In this document: positions 41,332 to 53,117 of the stretch, in pieces
How the letters are laid out: each line of letters opens with the position of its first letter
Numbering within the stretch: the first letter of the stretch is position 1
Assembly: GCA_963662315.1 (NCBI GenBank)
Contig: OY759353.1
Location: 1,376,001-1,440,000, forward strand
DNA: 64,000 bases
Source of the DNA: Geopsychrobacteraceae bacterium
GTDB lineage: Bacteria; Desulfobacterota; Desulfuromonadia; Desulfuromonadales; Geopsychrobacteraceae
Reading direction: 5' to 3'
Program-made: the position numbers and the translations under genes
Notes under the pieces: generated by a model
What the model was told of the DNA's origin: nothing
The model's input: the letters and a program-made list of their open reading frames with translations, nothing else
Database searches by the model: none

Positions 41332-42315
41332 ATGCATAAGATTCTTTTTTCCCTATCCCTCATCACTGCCGGGCTGATATGCGGTTATACCCTCCAACAG
41401 TATCTGCGCCATAGATACCCTGAAAGTGACATTCGTCTCATTCTGCCAAGGCTGCGCAAACTTCTTCAATATGTCAGCTTGTTGGGAATTATGCCGATTG
41501 CGTTTACCGGTGTTATCTGGATCATCTCTTTTGATAATCTAAAAGTCATCATCCTGCCATTTTTGGCCATGCTGTTATTACTATCCGGTGGGGGTATGGG
41601 GCTCATCATGTCGCACCTGATGAGAAAAAACGGGGCACAAAAAAGTGTCTTGTTCTCGTGCGGATTTTTTTCAAATCTCGGATCGGTTGGCGGGCTACTG
41701 AGTTTTGTCTTTTTAGGGGAACAAGGTTTTGCCATGCTCGCCTTCTATCGCCTGTTTGAGGAAATTCTCTATTACAGCGTCGGCTTCCCGCTGGCTAAAT
41801 ATTTCAAGACGACAGGCACCATCAGGATGAATATCTTGCAGAGGGTTGGCGAGGTCATAAAAGACCCACTTTTTATTGCGGCCACCAGCTCTTTCGTTAT
41901 CGGGATGGTGTTAAATGTGTCAGGAGTTCACAGACCTGCGCAATATGAAGTACTGAACAGCTATTTCGTGCCCGTCGGCACCTTCATGCTCCTCATGTCG
42001 ATCGGTTTAGGAATGCGCTTTTCAAGCTTCCGTCATAACCTAAAAGAGGGACTGATCATGGCAGGGATAAAACACCTGTGTCTGCCCATTGTTGGTGCCA
42101 GCAGCGCATGGCTGCTTGGCTTTCACCACATTGAGGATGGTCTGCCATTTAAAATTGTCTTGCTGGGCACATCAATGCCGATTGCTTTCAATGGCCTCGT
42201 AATCGCCTCCATGTATGACCTCGATCTGGACCTTGCCAATACCTGCTGGCTCATCTCCACCTTGACTCTTATCCTCGTGGTTCCGGCCCTCTATCTGATT
42301 TTTTCTTTCATCTAG
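41332..42315 (+). CDS. AEC-family (auxin efflux carrier-like) secondary transporter
   Basis: About 10 TM helices; FSNLG, IKH..LP and SMPIAFN motifs. Confidence 0.75.
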   Translation: MHKILFSLSLITAGLICGYTLQQYLRHRYPESDIRLILPRLRKLLQYVSLLGIMPIAFTGVIWIISFDNLKVIILPFLAMLLLLSGGGMGLIMSHLMRKNGAQKSVLFSCGFFSNLGSVGGLLSFVFLGEQGFAMLAFYRLFEEILYYSVGFPLAKYFKTTGTIRMNILQRVGEVIKDPLFIAATSSFVIGMVLNVSGVHRPAQYEVLNSYFVPVGTFMLLMSIGLGMRFSSFRHNLKEGLIMAGIKHLCLPIVGASSAWLLGFHHIEDGLPFKIVLLGTSMPIAFNGLVIASMYDLDLDLANTCWLISTLTLILVVPALYLIFSFI

Positions 42316-42788
42316 TCCGATAACAGCGAATCATAAAACAAAGATCAAACAACATTCAACAAAACCCGTACCAGATAGTCTGCATAGCCAGATTCCCCCG
42401 GCATCACAGCACGACAACCAAACCGAACCAAGCAAAACCACACAACAAATAGAACAAAGGCAAACTCGCCACATCCTCATGCAACGTTCCTCTCACTCTA
42501 CAGATGCACAATATCATATATTATTTTTCCAATTATATTTCGAATAGTTATTAAAAAATATCACGTCTTCCGCAGAAAACGTCATAATCGCCCCACAACT
42601 GTATTTTTTTACCCTAAATAAAATTTCCCTTGACAAAGACCACCATTTCTTGATTCTCTGCGATATATAAAAACATTGTTTTACTCATATACAGAAAAAC
42701 CTAATTCACTACCTACAAAACAACGATAATTTAGTACCTGAAGTGTTGAAATAATTTTATCTGTTTTATTTTCTAAGGGACGAGAGAC

Positions 42789-44513
42789 ATGGCAAAAACA
42801 CTAATCAAGCCTTCTTTGCAAAATCCACTGGAGACAAAGAAAGAGATCGAGTTCACTATCCCTGGAGAGATTGTTGGGCTGACCGGGGGTTACGAAGAGG
42901 TCATGAAAGAAGGACATGACCTGATCGAGCGACCCATCAAATCGGTGGCGGTCGGCCAGATTGAAAAGCAACACTTTAAGAAGCGTATGACGGTCTGGGA
43001 ACGGATCAAGGTATTGACCCAGGAAGAACCGAACATTCTGTTCCAGAACTGGGGTAAAAATCTGGACGGGGCGTCCCTGGTGACCGGCATATTGAACATC
43101 CGGGGGCGCGATGTCGCCGTTTACGGTCACGATTTTACCGTAAGAGCAGGCTCTATCGATGCGACCAACGGTCAGAAGCTGGCGCGCCTGATGTATATGG
43201 CCGGAGAGAAAGGGATTCCCCTGATCGGCATGAATGACTCTGCCGGCGCATTTGTTCCCGCCGGTGTCGGTGGCCTTGATGGTTATGCCGAAGCCTTTAC
43301 CGCATTACGTAAAATCAGCGGTGTCATTCCAACTATTATGTGCATGTTTGGCTTCAATGCCGGTGGTGGCTCATACCTGCCACGCCAGGGGAGCTTTGTC
43401 ATTCAGCCGGAGGACACCTTTTTCGGTCTCACCGGACCAGGCGTTGTCAAATCAGTCCTCGGTGAAGACATTTCCCCAGAAGAGCTTGGGGGACCCAAAG
43501 TTCATGGAGCTACCGGCGTTGCCGACCTGACCGTAGCCGATGAAACAGCGGCTTTGCGAACGGCCATCCGCCTGCTCAGCTATATTCCCGATAACAACCA
43601 TTCCATGGCACCGTTCCTGGAAACCAGTGACCCGCTTGACCGAAAAACCTGGGAAATCAACACATTGCTGAAAAAAGCTTTCAACTCGCCAACCGGCTTC
43701 AACACCCCCTTCGATGTTTCCATCATTATTCAACAGATTTGTGACCACGGAGATTACTTTGAGGTTCAGCCTACCAGGGCCAGAGAGGCAATCACCGCTT
43801 TTGGTCGTTTGGGTGGGAATGTTGTCGGTTTCGTCGCCAACAACTCTGCGGTTGCATCGGGGCAGATAGACTGCGATTCGGCCCTTAAAATTGCCCGCTT
43901 TGTCCGCTTCTGCAATATTTACAATATCCCGCTGATTTTCATGGAAGACACCACCGGGTTCCTCCCTGGACGTGAGCAGGAAGCACGCGGTATCGTCCAG
44001 GCTGGGCGTTCGATGCTCGATGCCATTGTTGATGTCAGAACCCCGCGTATTCTGCTTATATTGCGTAATGCCTTTGGTGGCGCGTACGCTTCCTACAACA
44101 ACTATCCGACCGGAGCCGACCTGGTTCTGGCTCTACCGACCACTCGCCTTGCTGTTATGGGCCCGGCGGGGAAGGAATTCGTCTACAAATCGGAACTGCG
44201 TAAAATTCGGGGAACAGTCAAACAGCGCATTGTTACCGGCATTCAGGAACGGACCAAAGCTGGCATGGACGGTGAAGAAGCGAAAAAAGATGCCGAAAAG
44301 GAAGCGGCTGAATGGCTGAAGCTTGAGGAAGCCGCCCTCAACCAGCGCTATGAAAAAGAGTTGATGAACCCCAAAGAAGGACTTGCTCTCGGGTCTATCT
44401 CTTCATTGGTCATGCCAACGGACCTGCGCAAGGTCCTGGGCGAGAATCTCAATTTCTTCCTGCGTCATTACAAAGCCAGTGCCTGGCAGGAAGTTCAGCG
44501 CGAATTCCACTGA
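42789..44513 (+). CDS. Acyl-CoA carboxylase carboxyltransferase subunit (fused alpha/beta type)
   Basis: [30 protein letters not shown] and AVMGP motifs. Confidence 0.9.
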   Translation: MAKTLIKPSLQNPLETKKEIEFTIPGEIVGLTGGYEEVMKEGHDLIERPIKSVAVGQIEKQHFKKRMTVWERIKVLTQEEPNILFQNWGKNLDGASLVTGILNIRGRDVAVYGHDFTVRAGSIDATNGQKLARLMYMAGEKGIPLIGMNDSAGAFVPAGVGGLDGYAEAFTALRKISGVIPTIMCMFGFNAGGGSYLPRQGSFVIQPEDTFFGLTGPGVVKSVLGEDISPEELGGPKVHGATGVADLTVADETAALRTAIRLLSYIPDNNHSMAPFLETSDPLDRKTWEINTLLKKAFNSPTGFNTPFDVSIIIQQICDHGDYFEVQPTRAREAITAFGRLGGNVVGFVANNSAVASGQIDCDSALKIARFVRFCNIYNIPLIFMEDTTGFLPGREQEARGIVQAGRSMLDAIVDVRTPRILLILRNAFGGAYASYNNYPTGADLVLALPTTRLAVMGPAGKEFVYKSELRKIRGTVKQRIVTGIQERTKAGMDGEEAKKDAEKEAAEWLKLEEAALNQRYEKELMNPKEGLALGSISSLVMPTDLRKVLGENLNFFLRHYKASAWQEVQREFH

Positions 44514-44570
44514 TCCGAACCTTTACGCGAGTTGATGACTGGTGACTGATTGCTATTGGAGAGAAACAAG

Positions 44571-47447
44571 ATGGCTCAAAATATAGATAACTACCTGAAA
44601 AATACTTTAATTCACAAAGATCGCCGACTGTCCCATGCGCCATCCAAATGGGTCCGGTCGTTTTCCTGTGAAAACCTGAAACCCCTGATTGTCTGCCGTG
44701 GTCCGATCAGGAAAGAAGCGATGGATGTTTATGACGAGATGGGCATCAGCCACTACGGTATTCTGCTCTCCGAAAAAGATTCCATTGTCTACCCCAATGC
44801 CCTGTCGCCGGAACTGCGCAAACTGACCGACAACAGCCGCGTTCATCGCGTTCCTGACTATACCGGAGCCAGCAAAGAAGAACGGATTGAACGCATCAAT
44901 CAGATCATAGCTACCGCCAAGGATAATGGCTACGATAGTATTTTCGCCGGATACGGATTCATGGCTGAAGACGATGAGTTTGTCGAAGCAATAGAAACCG
45001 CGGGCCTGAAATTTATTGGCCCCTGCTCGGGCACACAACGCGCTGCAGGCAAGAAAGATGAAGCGAAAAGGACAGCCTTGCAGGTCGATGTGTCTGTCAC
45101 CCCCGGCATTGACAACGTTACCGCCAGAACCCTGCTGAAAAAACATAAAACCTTTGATCAGCTGGTCGCCCTGGCCAAAGCGGAAGATCTTGACATTCCA
45201 CTGGAGACGCTCGCTTCTAAGGACATCAGCCTTGAGGATCTGGCGGATATCATCCTGTTTGCTTCCTATGACAAAGGGATCGATCTGTTTTCCATTGAAG
45301 AACTGTGTGCCCAGGTTGAATCAGAGTGCGCAGCCATGTTCAAAGCTTATCCTGGCGCCCGGATCCGTCTGAAAGCTATCGGTGGCGGTGGCGGCAAAGG
45401 ACAGCGCATTCTTGGAGCTTCCCTGCTGACCTGCAAAGAACCTACAGAAAAACAGATCAGTTCCGCCGCAAGCGATGCCCCCGGACTGGTGCGTGAAATT
45501 CTCAGTGAAGTTAAGGCCAACGGAATCGGCGACAATAAAAACATTCTGATTGAGCTGAATATAGAACAGACCCGCCACAATGAAATTCAACTTTTAGGCA
45601 ACGGCCAGTGGTGTATCGCCCTGGGTGGTCGCGATTGCTCCTTGCAGATGCATGAACAGAAACTGCTGGAAATCTCTGTAACCCAGGAAAGTCTGCAGGC
45701 AGAAATCAGTAAAGCGAAAAAAGCCAAACTGACCGCACAGGCCAAAGCCCTGGCATCGGACCTTGAAGTCTTAAGACGAATGGAGTCAGAGTCGGAGCGC
45801 TTTGGTGAGGCCGTCGGTCTCGATTCGGCATCGACCTTTGAGTGTATAGTCGATGGCAGCCGTCACTACTTCATGGAAGTAAACACCCGCATTCAGGTTG
45901 AACACAGGGTGACCGAACTGGTATACAGTCTGAAATTCACCAATCCGAAAAACAAGGATGATTTCTTCATCGTCGAATCGCTGGTGGAAGCTATGGCTCT
46001 GCTGGCCATGCACAAAGAGCGCCTACCCCGCCCGGAGCGCCTACCCCGCTTTGGAGCCGCAGCAGAAGCACGCCTCAATGCAACCGACATTTCTCTGTCA
46101 CCAAGCGCCGGCGGTTACATCCGCTACTGGTCAAAACCTATCGACGGTGAAATCCGTGATGATCAGGGGATCTGCATTCCAAATCCTGACACCGGTCAAT
46201 TTATGCGTTATCACCTGGCTGGGGCCTATGATTCAAACATCGCCCTGCTGCTGACCAAAGGGGAGAACCGTATCTCCAGCTACGACCATCTGGCCAAAGT
46301 GCTCAGATCAACCGTATTGCGCGGCAGCAACCTGGCCACCAACCTCAGCTTCCACTATGGACTGGTCAACTGGTTCCGTGGCAACAACGTCATGGCCAAA
46401 CCGACAACGCGCTTTGTCGTTCCCTATCTGACCATGGTCGGTAAACTTAAAGAAGAAGCCCTGAAACTTGATGTTGTTTACGCGTTTTTGGCCATGAAAA
46501 AATATTACGCCGGTCAATATGCCGGTGAGCCAGAAATTGCCAAGGTCGTTTCCGAAACCCTTGACCGTAAAGGCACCTTACTGACCCGCCCGATGGAGAT
46601 GCTGCTCAACGATCCTCACCTGCTTTCAGGTTGGCTAAGTATCAATAAAGATAAATTCAAGATCACCAAAGGACGACTGGTGTGGCAATGCAACCCTCTT
46701 GTTGTTCTCGAAGAAACCTATGAGTTCCTCAACATGAATTGGCGTCCAGAAGCTCCAGCCGCAGAGGTTACCTGGTCCCATGACAAAGAACTGCTGGATA
46801 GTGCTCTCGCTTTTTACAGTGAACTCCGTAGCAAATTTGGCGTCACCAAAGGGCAGTTTGCCAAGCTTAATGAAACCCTCGCCAAAAGCAAACCGCAGGG
46901 AGGCTTTGACGAAGAAACCTGGCAAAAGATTCAAGAGGCTCACAGTGGTTATGAAATCGGCAACGAAATCCTTGGCCTGTTGTTTATCATTGCTGAAAAT
47001 ACCAATTTTTATGATTTCACGGTGGAGAGCGATCTGAATGTAACGATTCCTGAGTACCTGCACGATCCGGAATTACAGGCGGCCATGAAAAAAATTCTGG
47101 TCCCGCCACTGGCCACCAAAGCCGATGAGGTTGTCGCTCCGGGTGGTGGGATGTATTACGGCCAGGAAGCTCCCGGCATGCCAGCCTTTGTTAAAGAAGG
47201 CGACCATTTCGAGAAGGGGCAGCCACTGTTCATTCTTGAGGTCATGAAAATGTTCAACAAGGTTCCGGCGCCATTTTCCGGTACCATCGACAAGATACTC
47301 ATCGAAAGTGGCGATGGAACGATTGTTTCCAAAGGACAGCCTCTTTTCAAAGTGACTCCGGATGAAAAATTTGTTGAAATTGACCCGCAGAAGATAGCCC
47401 TGGAAAAACAGCATACCACAGCAGCGTATCTGCAGGCGGTATATTAA
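44571..47447 (+). CDS. Fused biotin carboxylase-biotin carboxyl carrier protein
   Basis: AGYGFMAE, GGGGKG, RDCSLQ, FMEVNTRIQVEH and C-terminal EVMKM biotinylation motif. Confidence 0.9.
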   Translation: MAQNIDNYLKNTLIHKDRRLSHAPSKWVRSFSCENLKPLIVCRGPIRKEAMDVYDEMGISHYGILLSEKDSIVYPNALSPELRKLTDNSRVHRVPDYTGASKEERIERINQIIATAKDNGYDSIFAGYGFMAEDDEFVEAIETAGLKFIGPCSGTQRAAGKKDEAKRTALQVDVSVTPGIDNVTARTLLKKHKTFDQLVALAKAEDLDIPLETLASKDISLEDLADIILFASYDKGIDLFSIEELCAQVESECAAMFKAYPGARIRLKAIGGGGGKGQRILGASLLTCKEPTEKQISSAASDAPGLVREILSEVKANGIGDNKNILIELNIEQTRHNEIQLLGNGQWCIALGGRDCSLQMHEQKLLEISVTQESLQAEISKAKKAKLTAQAKALASDLEVLRRMESESERFGEAVGLDSASTFECIVDGSRHYFMEVNTRIQVEHRVTELVYSLKFTNPKNKDDFFIVESLVEAMALLAMHKERLPRPERLPRFGAAAEARLNATDISLSPSAGGYIRYWSKPIDGEIRDDQGICIPNPDTGQFMRYHLAGAYDSNIALLLTKGENRISSYDHLAKVLRSTVLRGSNLATNLSFHYGLVNWFRGNNVMAKPTTRFVVPYLTMVGKLKEEALKLDVVYAFLAMKKYYAGQYAGEPEIAKVVSETLDRKGTLLTRPMEMLLNDPHLLSGWLSINKDKFKITKGRLVWQCNPLVVLEETYEFLNMNWRPEAPAAEVTWSHDKELLDSALAFYSELRSKFGVTKGQFAKLNETLAKSKPQGGFDEETWQKIQEAHSGYEIGNEILGLLFIIAENTNFYDFTVESDLNVTIPEYLHDPELQAAMKKILVPPLATKADEVVAPGGGMYYGQEAPGMPAFVKEGDHFEKGQPLFILEVMKMFNKVPAPFSGTIDKILIESGDGTIVSKGQPLFKVTPDEKFVEIDPQKIALEKQHTTAAYLQAVY

Positions 47448-47541
47448 CTCTAGGCCTTCAGGTTACGGCCCCTGACATGAAATTTAAGCTGGCCCATCTC
47501 CCTATGCTGATGGGCCAACTTCAAAAATAGATCGGAGCTCT

Positions 47542-50500
47542 TCAGGTTGATTTATCCAGAACTGTGCGTATAATTTGTGCCAATTCGGCCAGATTTAGAG
47601 GTTTTGTACAGAACGCATCAATGCCCATCTCTTTCGCTTTCGCTTCAGAAACTTTGGAACTATAACCGGTGCATAGAATCGTCGGAAGAACAATACCTTT
47701 TTCCTTGAGGGCACTAAACAATTCCACCCCGGTCATATCAGGCATCGTCTGATCAACAATCAATAGTTCAAAATCAGCTGAATTTCGCTGTATTAAGGCA
47801 AAAGCTTCCAGACTATTGGTTGTTGCCGTAACCTGATAACCGAGAGATGCCAACATCATTTCGTTGACATTGGCCAAACTCTCATCATCATCAACATACA
47901 ATATGCGTTCCTTCCCATATTGTATGTCGTGAGATTCGACTCCTTCCGAGAGCAACTTTTGTCCAAGCAGCGGAAAATAAAGTTCAAACTGGGTCCCGTA
48001 GCCCAACTCACTGCTGACTTCGATGACACCACCGGAATTCTTTACAAATCCCATCACGGTCGATAATCCGATGCCCGTCCCTTCACTGAGGCCCTTGGTC
48101 GTAAAAAATGGATCAAAAATCTGGTCCATTATCTCTACAGGAATGCCGCAACCCGTATCCTGAAAGGCAATGCGGGCAAAGACTCCGGGCCGGCAACCAT
48201 CTTTAAATAAAACGGGAATATCCTCTTCTTCAAGTGTAGCAACATCGAGAATAATCTTCAGATCCCCCTTTTCTTCCATGGCATAGGATGCATTATTTGC
48301 AAGATTCAGCATTGCTTCCTGAATACTGGACGCGGAGGCATTAATAGTGAGTTGCTGTTGGGGATTACGTACCTGATAAGCAAGGCGGATAGATGATGGC
48401 AAGATGGAGCGTAAAAAGACAATCGTCTCGTCCATGATCTGATTCAGGTTCAATGCCGTTTTGACATTACTTTTCTTATGACTGTAAAGCATGACCTGAT
48501 CAATCAGATTACGAGTTCTCATGATTGCAAGTTTGGCTTTATCAAGATAACTACCAACATCCTCCTGACCGGCCAGCCTGAGTTTGGCCATCTCGACATT
48601 GCCTAAAATAACCGAAAGGCTGTTATTAAAATTATGAGAAATACCACCAGACATGATACCAATGGCTTCCATCTTATACTTCTGGCGCAACTCAGCCTCT
48701 AATTCTGCATGTCTCTTCTCCGCCTTTTTACGCTGATCAATATTTTCAATAATTGATATAAAAAACTCGACCTGACCATCTGCGCTGTCACGCACGGCAC
48801 TGACGGTCAGATTAATCCAAAGCAGTGATTTATCTTTGCGGACATACCTTTTTTCCATTGAGTATGTCTCAATGTCTCCAGCTATCACTCCCCGGAAATG
48901 GCCAAGATCGATATCTAGATCTTCCGGATAAGTAATGTCCTGAAAAGTGAGCTGTTCAAGCTCTTCTCTGGAATAACCCAGCATGTCACAAACCCGCCCA
49001 TTAACACGTTGCCAGCTTCCGTCCTTGCCGATCTTAGCCATACCGACTGCAGCCTGATTAAAAATGGCTTCCAGTTCTTTTTCTCTTCGTAAAACGGCTT
49101 CCTGCGCTAACTTGATTGCAGTGATATCCTCGGTGAAAAGTATAATGCCACCAACATCTTCAGCACCAGTAAACCAGGGATGAATCTCCCAGCGTATCCA
49201 TTGAACCTGACCATCAGCCCGAACAAAACGATCTCCCTCCGAATGAATAAACTCCCCGCGCATTCCCCGCAGGTGTGCTTGCCGCCACTCATCAGGGATA
49301 TCAGGAAATATCTGGTAGTACGAAACTCCTTCTAGGACGACCTCGTTCAAACCATAATCACACCTCCAGCGCTGGCTGACCGCGAGGTACTTCATATCAG
49401 TGTCGAACATGGCTAGTGCAACCGGGGCATGCTCAATAAAAAGGCGCATAATTTCTTTATGTTCAGCAAGTTCGCGCTCCATCTTGACCCGGTTGGAGAT
49501 ATCCAGAAATACGGCCAAAGCCCCCCGGGGTTCATTCACAGAATTTTTCAGCGGTACAATATTGCCAAACAAAGATATTTTGGAACCATCTTCAAAAACC
49601 AGGTCTTCTTCAACGTTGGATAATTGTTCTCCCGTAGCGGCGACCTTTTCGAGCGGGAACTCTCCTCTTCTTAACTCCTGACCTCCGGAAAATACTTTAA
49701 AATTCTTAGTCTGTTGGTCATCAAACACCTGATCGACAATACAATCGCCAGAGCTCAGGTTTAACAGGGCCTGTCCGGCCTGATTCGCTTCTATGGTCGT
49801 CGTATGTGCATCCCTCGTCATAAAAACCGCCGCAGGAACGGCATCCATCAACGCTGCAAGCTCCTCCGCACGTAACCGTTGCAGCTCTTCACTCTCAATC
49901 AATAACTGCTGTTGGCGTCTTTCTTCAGAAATATCATGAGCAATGGAAGCACAAGCGACGACCTCTCTTACAGCATTAAAAATGGGGGTTAAGCTGAGAG
50001 AAACCGGGATCACATTGCGGTCCTTTCCCCAGCGCTCCGTTTCAATTCTGGAAACTTTTTCCCCATGACGTATTTTATCCGTAATCACGCTTATCTCATG
50101 ACGTCGCTCCGGCGGAATAATCTTGCTAATATTTTGTCCAACCATCTCTGCGGCCATATAACCATAAAGATTTTCAGCGCCCTCGTTCCAGCTGGTCACC
50201 TCACCATCAAGGGTCTGACCAATGATCGCGTCAGAGGTTGTTTCAACAATTGCAGCCAGCTGAGCCCGTTCCCGTTCTGCATTATGCCGGTAGGTAATAT
50301 CAGTAAAGGTCAAAACGACTCCGTCAATCACGTCTGCAGCTGTACGATATGGCAACACTCGCACCAGATAGTGGTTGTGATCTTTAGTGACAATCTCCCG
50401 TTCAACAGGTTGCAGTGTGTTAAGAACTTTTCTGGCATCAGCACCCAGTTGTTGATCACTGATTCTGCCAGACAGGTGTGCGAATGGTCGCCCAATATCT

Positions 50501-52848
50501 GCAGGAATCAGGTTATAGAGCTGTGTTGAGGCAGGGGTATAGAGTTTGACACGTAGCTCACGATCAAGAAAAAGCGTCGCAATATCAGAGCAGTTCAGCA
50601 GATTATTAATATCATTGTTGGCCTGGTTCAGTGCCTCAACCTTCGCTTCCAGTTCACTGTTAACCGTACTCAGCTCTTCATTCAGAGCCTGCAGTTCTTC
50701 TTTTGAGGTTTCAAGTTCTTCATTAGTCGACTGAAATTCTTCATTCATCGACATCAATTCTTCATTGGAATTTTTCAATTCATCGTTGGAATTTGCGAGT
50801 CTCGATATCGTTTCCTGAAGCTCGTCATGGGTGATCCGCAACTGCTCATCCAACTGGAAAATAATCTGATCCTTATCTCTGCCAAGATCAGTTTGTGCCT
50901 CTGACGTATCTGCCATTATCGGAGTGGGTTCCAGAATAACAACAACCAGACCTTTCAACGCAGCAGGCGCTGTCAACGGCTCGACATGAATTGACAATTG
51001 TTCCTGTTTGCCGTCAATAGTGACCAACGTATATTCATAGGTTACGTCAGCCTCTTCTTTCTGTGCCTTATGCAAAGCAGCCCGCAATGCCGGGCGAATT
51101 TCGTCCCTAGCCAGCTTAAGCAGGTTAGGGGTTGGCTCTCCTTTGGGAATCACAAGATAGCGATTAGCCTTGGTCGAGAAATAAAGAACATCATATTTTT
51201 CGTTTAGCAACATACTTGGTGGTGCATAGCGTTCCACCAGAAGCTTTTCCAAAACCGAGCCAGGCTTGATATATTTGGCCAAAGCACTGTCACTATCAAA
51301 CCGTTCAGACTGGTCATAGGTTGTGGAATCACTTGGAAAGTCAACAGACAAACGCTGATTAAGGTCTTTACGCTTGTAGATTTTCCATTTCCCGCTCAGG
51401 GCAGCAAACAACTCTGAAGAGCTACCGACAGTTTCCGATGGCCCAATAAAAAGACAACCTCCTGGGTTCAGTCCCTGATGAAACAGCGGTAGTAACTTTT
51501 TCTGAACCGTTGCATTAAGATAGATCAACACATTTCGGCACACCAGAAGATCAAGCTTAGAAAAGGGAGGATCTCGAATAAGATTATGCTGGGCGAACAC
51601 AATCATATCGCGCAGGTATTTTTTTACTTCGTACTGCCCGGATTTTCTGATGAAATGCTCGTCAAGCCGCTGTGGGCTAAGATGTTGACGTATACCAATC
51701 GAATAAAGTCCTTTACGAGCATAGTCAATGGCCCGCATATCCAGATCTGAGGCAAATATTTTGACCGGCTGAAAAATACCATGCCGCTGCATAAACTCAT
51801 AAACAAGGATGGCGACGGTATAAGCCTCTTCCCCGGTCGAACAACCTGCCAGCCAAATTCGTACCGGATTGTCTGCCCTGTGCTTATTGAAAATAACCGG
51901 CAGGACCAGTCGCTCAAGCTCAGCAAACGCTTCAGGGTCACGAAAAAAACTGGTTACACCGATCAAAACTTCCTTTGCCAGGGCTAGACTCTCATCAGTA
52001 TCAGTCTTCAGCAGCTCCAGATAATGCTGCCGGTCTCTGATACCATTGACTACCATACGCCGATAGATACGCCTGACGATGGTATTGACCTTGTAGCATT
52101 GCAGATCATTTCCCGTTGCTTCCTTAACAATACGGCAAATAGTATTCAGGTCTGCTTCTGATATTGCAGTCGAATGCTGCAGTAGCTCAGCATGTGCCCT
52201 GACCGTTGGTCCTATTGATATGAGCATTTCCGGCATTTTTTCCGCAGGCATAACGACATCAACCAGACCTGTTGCTATAGCACTTTGTGGCATTGACTGA
52301 TAACTTGCGCTGCTGTCACTTTCAGCAAGAACAATGCCCCCCTCCCCTTTAATTGCTTTTATCCCCTCGGTACCGTCGCTACCAGATCCTGAAAGAATAA
52401 TACCGATAGCATGCTCACGCAGGTCTTCCGCTAAAGAAACCAAAAAGGTATCAATAGTCTGTCTAACACCCCGAGGTTTAACCATTTCCTCCAAACTGAA
52501 GTGCTGATTAGAGATTCGCAGATCGTAATTAGCGGGAATGACATATATTTTATTTGCTTCCACAGGAGCTGATTCTTCCGCAAAAGCAACAGGCATCCGA
52601 GAATAGCGACTGATTAAATCAGGAAGAATCGTTGTCCGATCAGGATCAAGATGAACAACGACCACAAACGCCATCCCGGTATCCGGAGGAAGATTGATGA
52701 AGAATTTTTCGAGAGAAGCCAAGCCACCAGCAGAGGCCCCAAGCGCAACAACTGCATTCGGAACAACAGGTTTAACAGACCCTCTTTCCTCTTTATCGTG
52801 ATCAGGTCCGTCCGTTCCTGCACTTTCATTGTCTTTCATGTCACCCAA
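47542..52848 (-). CDS. CheB-CheR-coiled coil-multi-PAS hybrid histidine kinase-receiver fusion
   Basis: CheB GASAGG/VHL/GSDG; CheR TSFFRD, GCSTGEE, CRNVLIY; several PAS domains; H-box SHNFNN; DTGCG, FDPFFTTK and GTGIGL; C-terminal REC (YVDD, VDQTMP, KP). Confidence 0.92.
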   Translation of the reverse strand: MGDMKDNESAGTDGPDHDKEERGSVKPVVPNAVVALGASAGGLASLEKFFINLPPDTGMAFVVVVHLDPDRTTILPDLISRYSRMPVAFAEESAPVEANKIYVIPANYDLRISNQHFSLEEMVKPRGVRQTIDTFLVSLAEDLREHAIGIILSGSGSDGTEGIKAIKGEGGIVLAESDSSASYQSMPQSAIATGLVDVVMPAEKMPEMLISIGPTVRAHAELLQHSTAISEADLNTICRIVKEATGNDLQCYKVNTIVRRIYRRMVVNGIRDRQHYLELLKTDTDESLALAKEVLIGVTSFFRDPEAFAELERLVLPVIFNKHRADNPVRIWLAGCSTGEEAYTVAILVYEFMQRHGIFQPVKIFASDLDMRAIDYARKGLYSIGIRQHLSPQRLDEHFIRKSGQYEVKKYLRDMIVFAQHNLIRDPPFSKLDLLVCRNVLIYLNATVQKKLLPLFHQGLNPGGCLFIGPSETVGSSSELFAALSGKWKIYKRKDLNQRLSVDFPSDSTTYDQSERFDSDSALAKYIKPGSVLEKLLVERYAPPSMLLNEKYDVLYFSTKANRYLVIPKGEPTPNLLKLARDEIRPALRAALHKAQKEEADVTYEYTLVTIDGKQEQLSIHVEPLTAPAALKGLVVVILEPTPIMADTSEAQTDLGRDKDQIIFQLDEQLRITHDELQETISRLANSNDELKNSNEELMSMNEEFQSTNEELETSKEELQALNEELSTVNSELEAKVEALNQANNDINNLLNCSDIATLFLDRELRVKLYTPASTQLYNLIPADIGRPFAHLSGRISDQQLGADARKVLNTLQPVEREIVTKDHNHYLVRVLPYRTAADVIDGVVLTFTDITYRHNAERERAQLAAIVETTSDAIIGQTLDGEVTSWNEGAENLYGYMAAEMVGQNISKIIPPERRHEISVITDKIRHGEKVSRIETERWGKDRNVIPVSLSLTPIFNAVREVVACASIAHDISEERRQQQLLIESEELQRLRAEELAALMDAVPAAVFMTRDAHTTTIEANQAGQALLNLSSGDCIVDQVFDDQQTKNFKVFSGGQELRRGEFPLEKVAATGEQLSNVEEDLVFEDGSKISLFGNIVPLKNSVNEPRGALAVFLDISNRVKMERELAEHKEIMRLFIEHAPVALAMFDTDMKYLAVSQRWRCDYGLNEVVLEGVSYYQIFPDIPDEWRQAHLRGMRGEFIHSEGDRFVRADGQVQWIRWEIHPWFTGAEDVGGIILFTEDITAIKLAQEAVLRREKELEAIFNQAAVGMAKIGKDGSWQRVNGRVCDMLGYSREELEQLTFQDITYPEDLDIDLGHFRGVIAGDIETYSMEKRYVRKDKSLLWINLTVSAVRDSADGQVEFFISIIENIDQRKKAEKRHAELEAELRQKYKMEAIGIMSGGISHNFNNSLSVILGNVEMAKLRLAGQEDVGSYLDKAKLAIMRTRNLIDQVMLYSHKKSNVKTALNLNQIMDETIVFLRSILPSSIRLAYQVRNPQQQLTINASASSIQEAMLNLANNASYAMEEKGDLKIILDVATLEEEDIPVLFKDGCRPGVFARIAFQDTGCGIPVEIMDQIFDPFFTTKGLSEGTGIGLSTVMGFVKNSGGVIEVSSELGYGTQFELYFPLLGQKLLSEGVESHDIQYGKERILYVDDDESLANVNEMMLASLGYQVTATTNSLEAFALIQRNSADFELLIVDQTMPDMTGVELFSALKEKGIVLPTILCTGYSSKVSEAKAKEMGIDAFCTKPLNLAELAQIIRTVLDKST

Positions 52849-53117
52849 TCCTTTGTTAGAAAAACATCACCTGCGGAACTGACAAGAATAAATTCATTAA
52901 GATTTTAACCTGATCAGAGAAGAATCTGCCAGTCATTTCCAGACAAAAATGAAGATGATCGATGACTGCCGGATTTACAGCTAACATTGGAAGGGAGCAG
53001 CGCTATTGACCACGATGGCCAGTCAAAGACACAGATAGGTAAGAAGCGTATCGAATAAAAACACCCCGGCACAAGAATTGTCCAGGGTGTTGATTGTCCA
53101 TCACCTAAAAACTGGTA

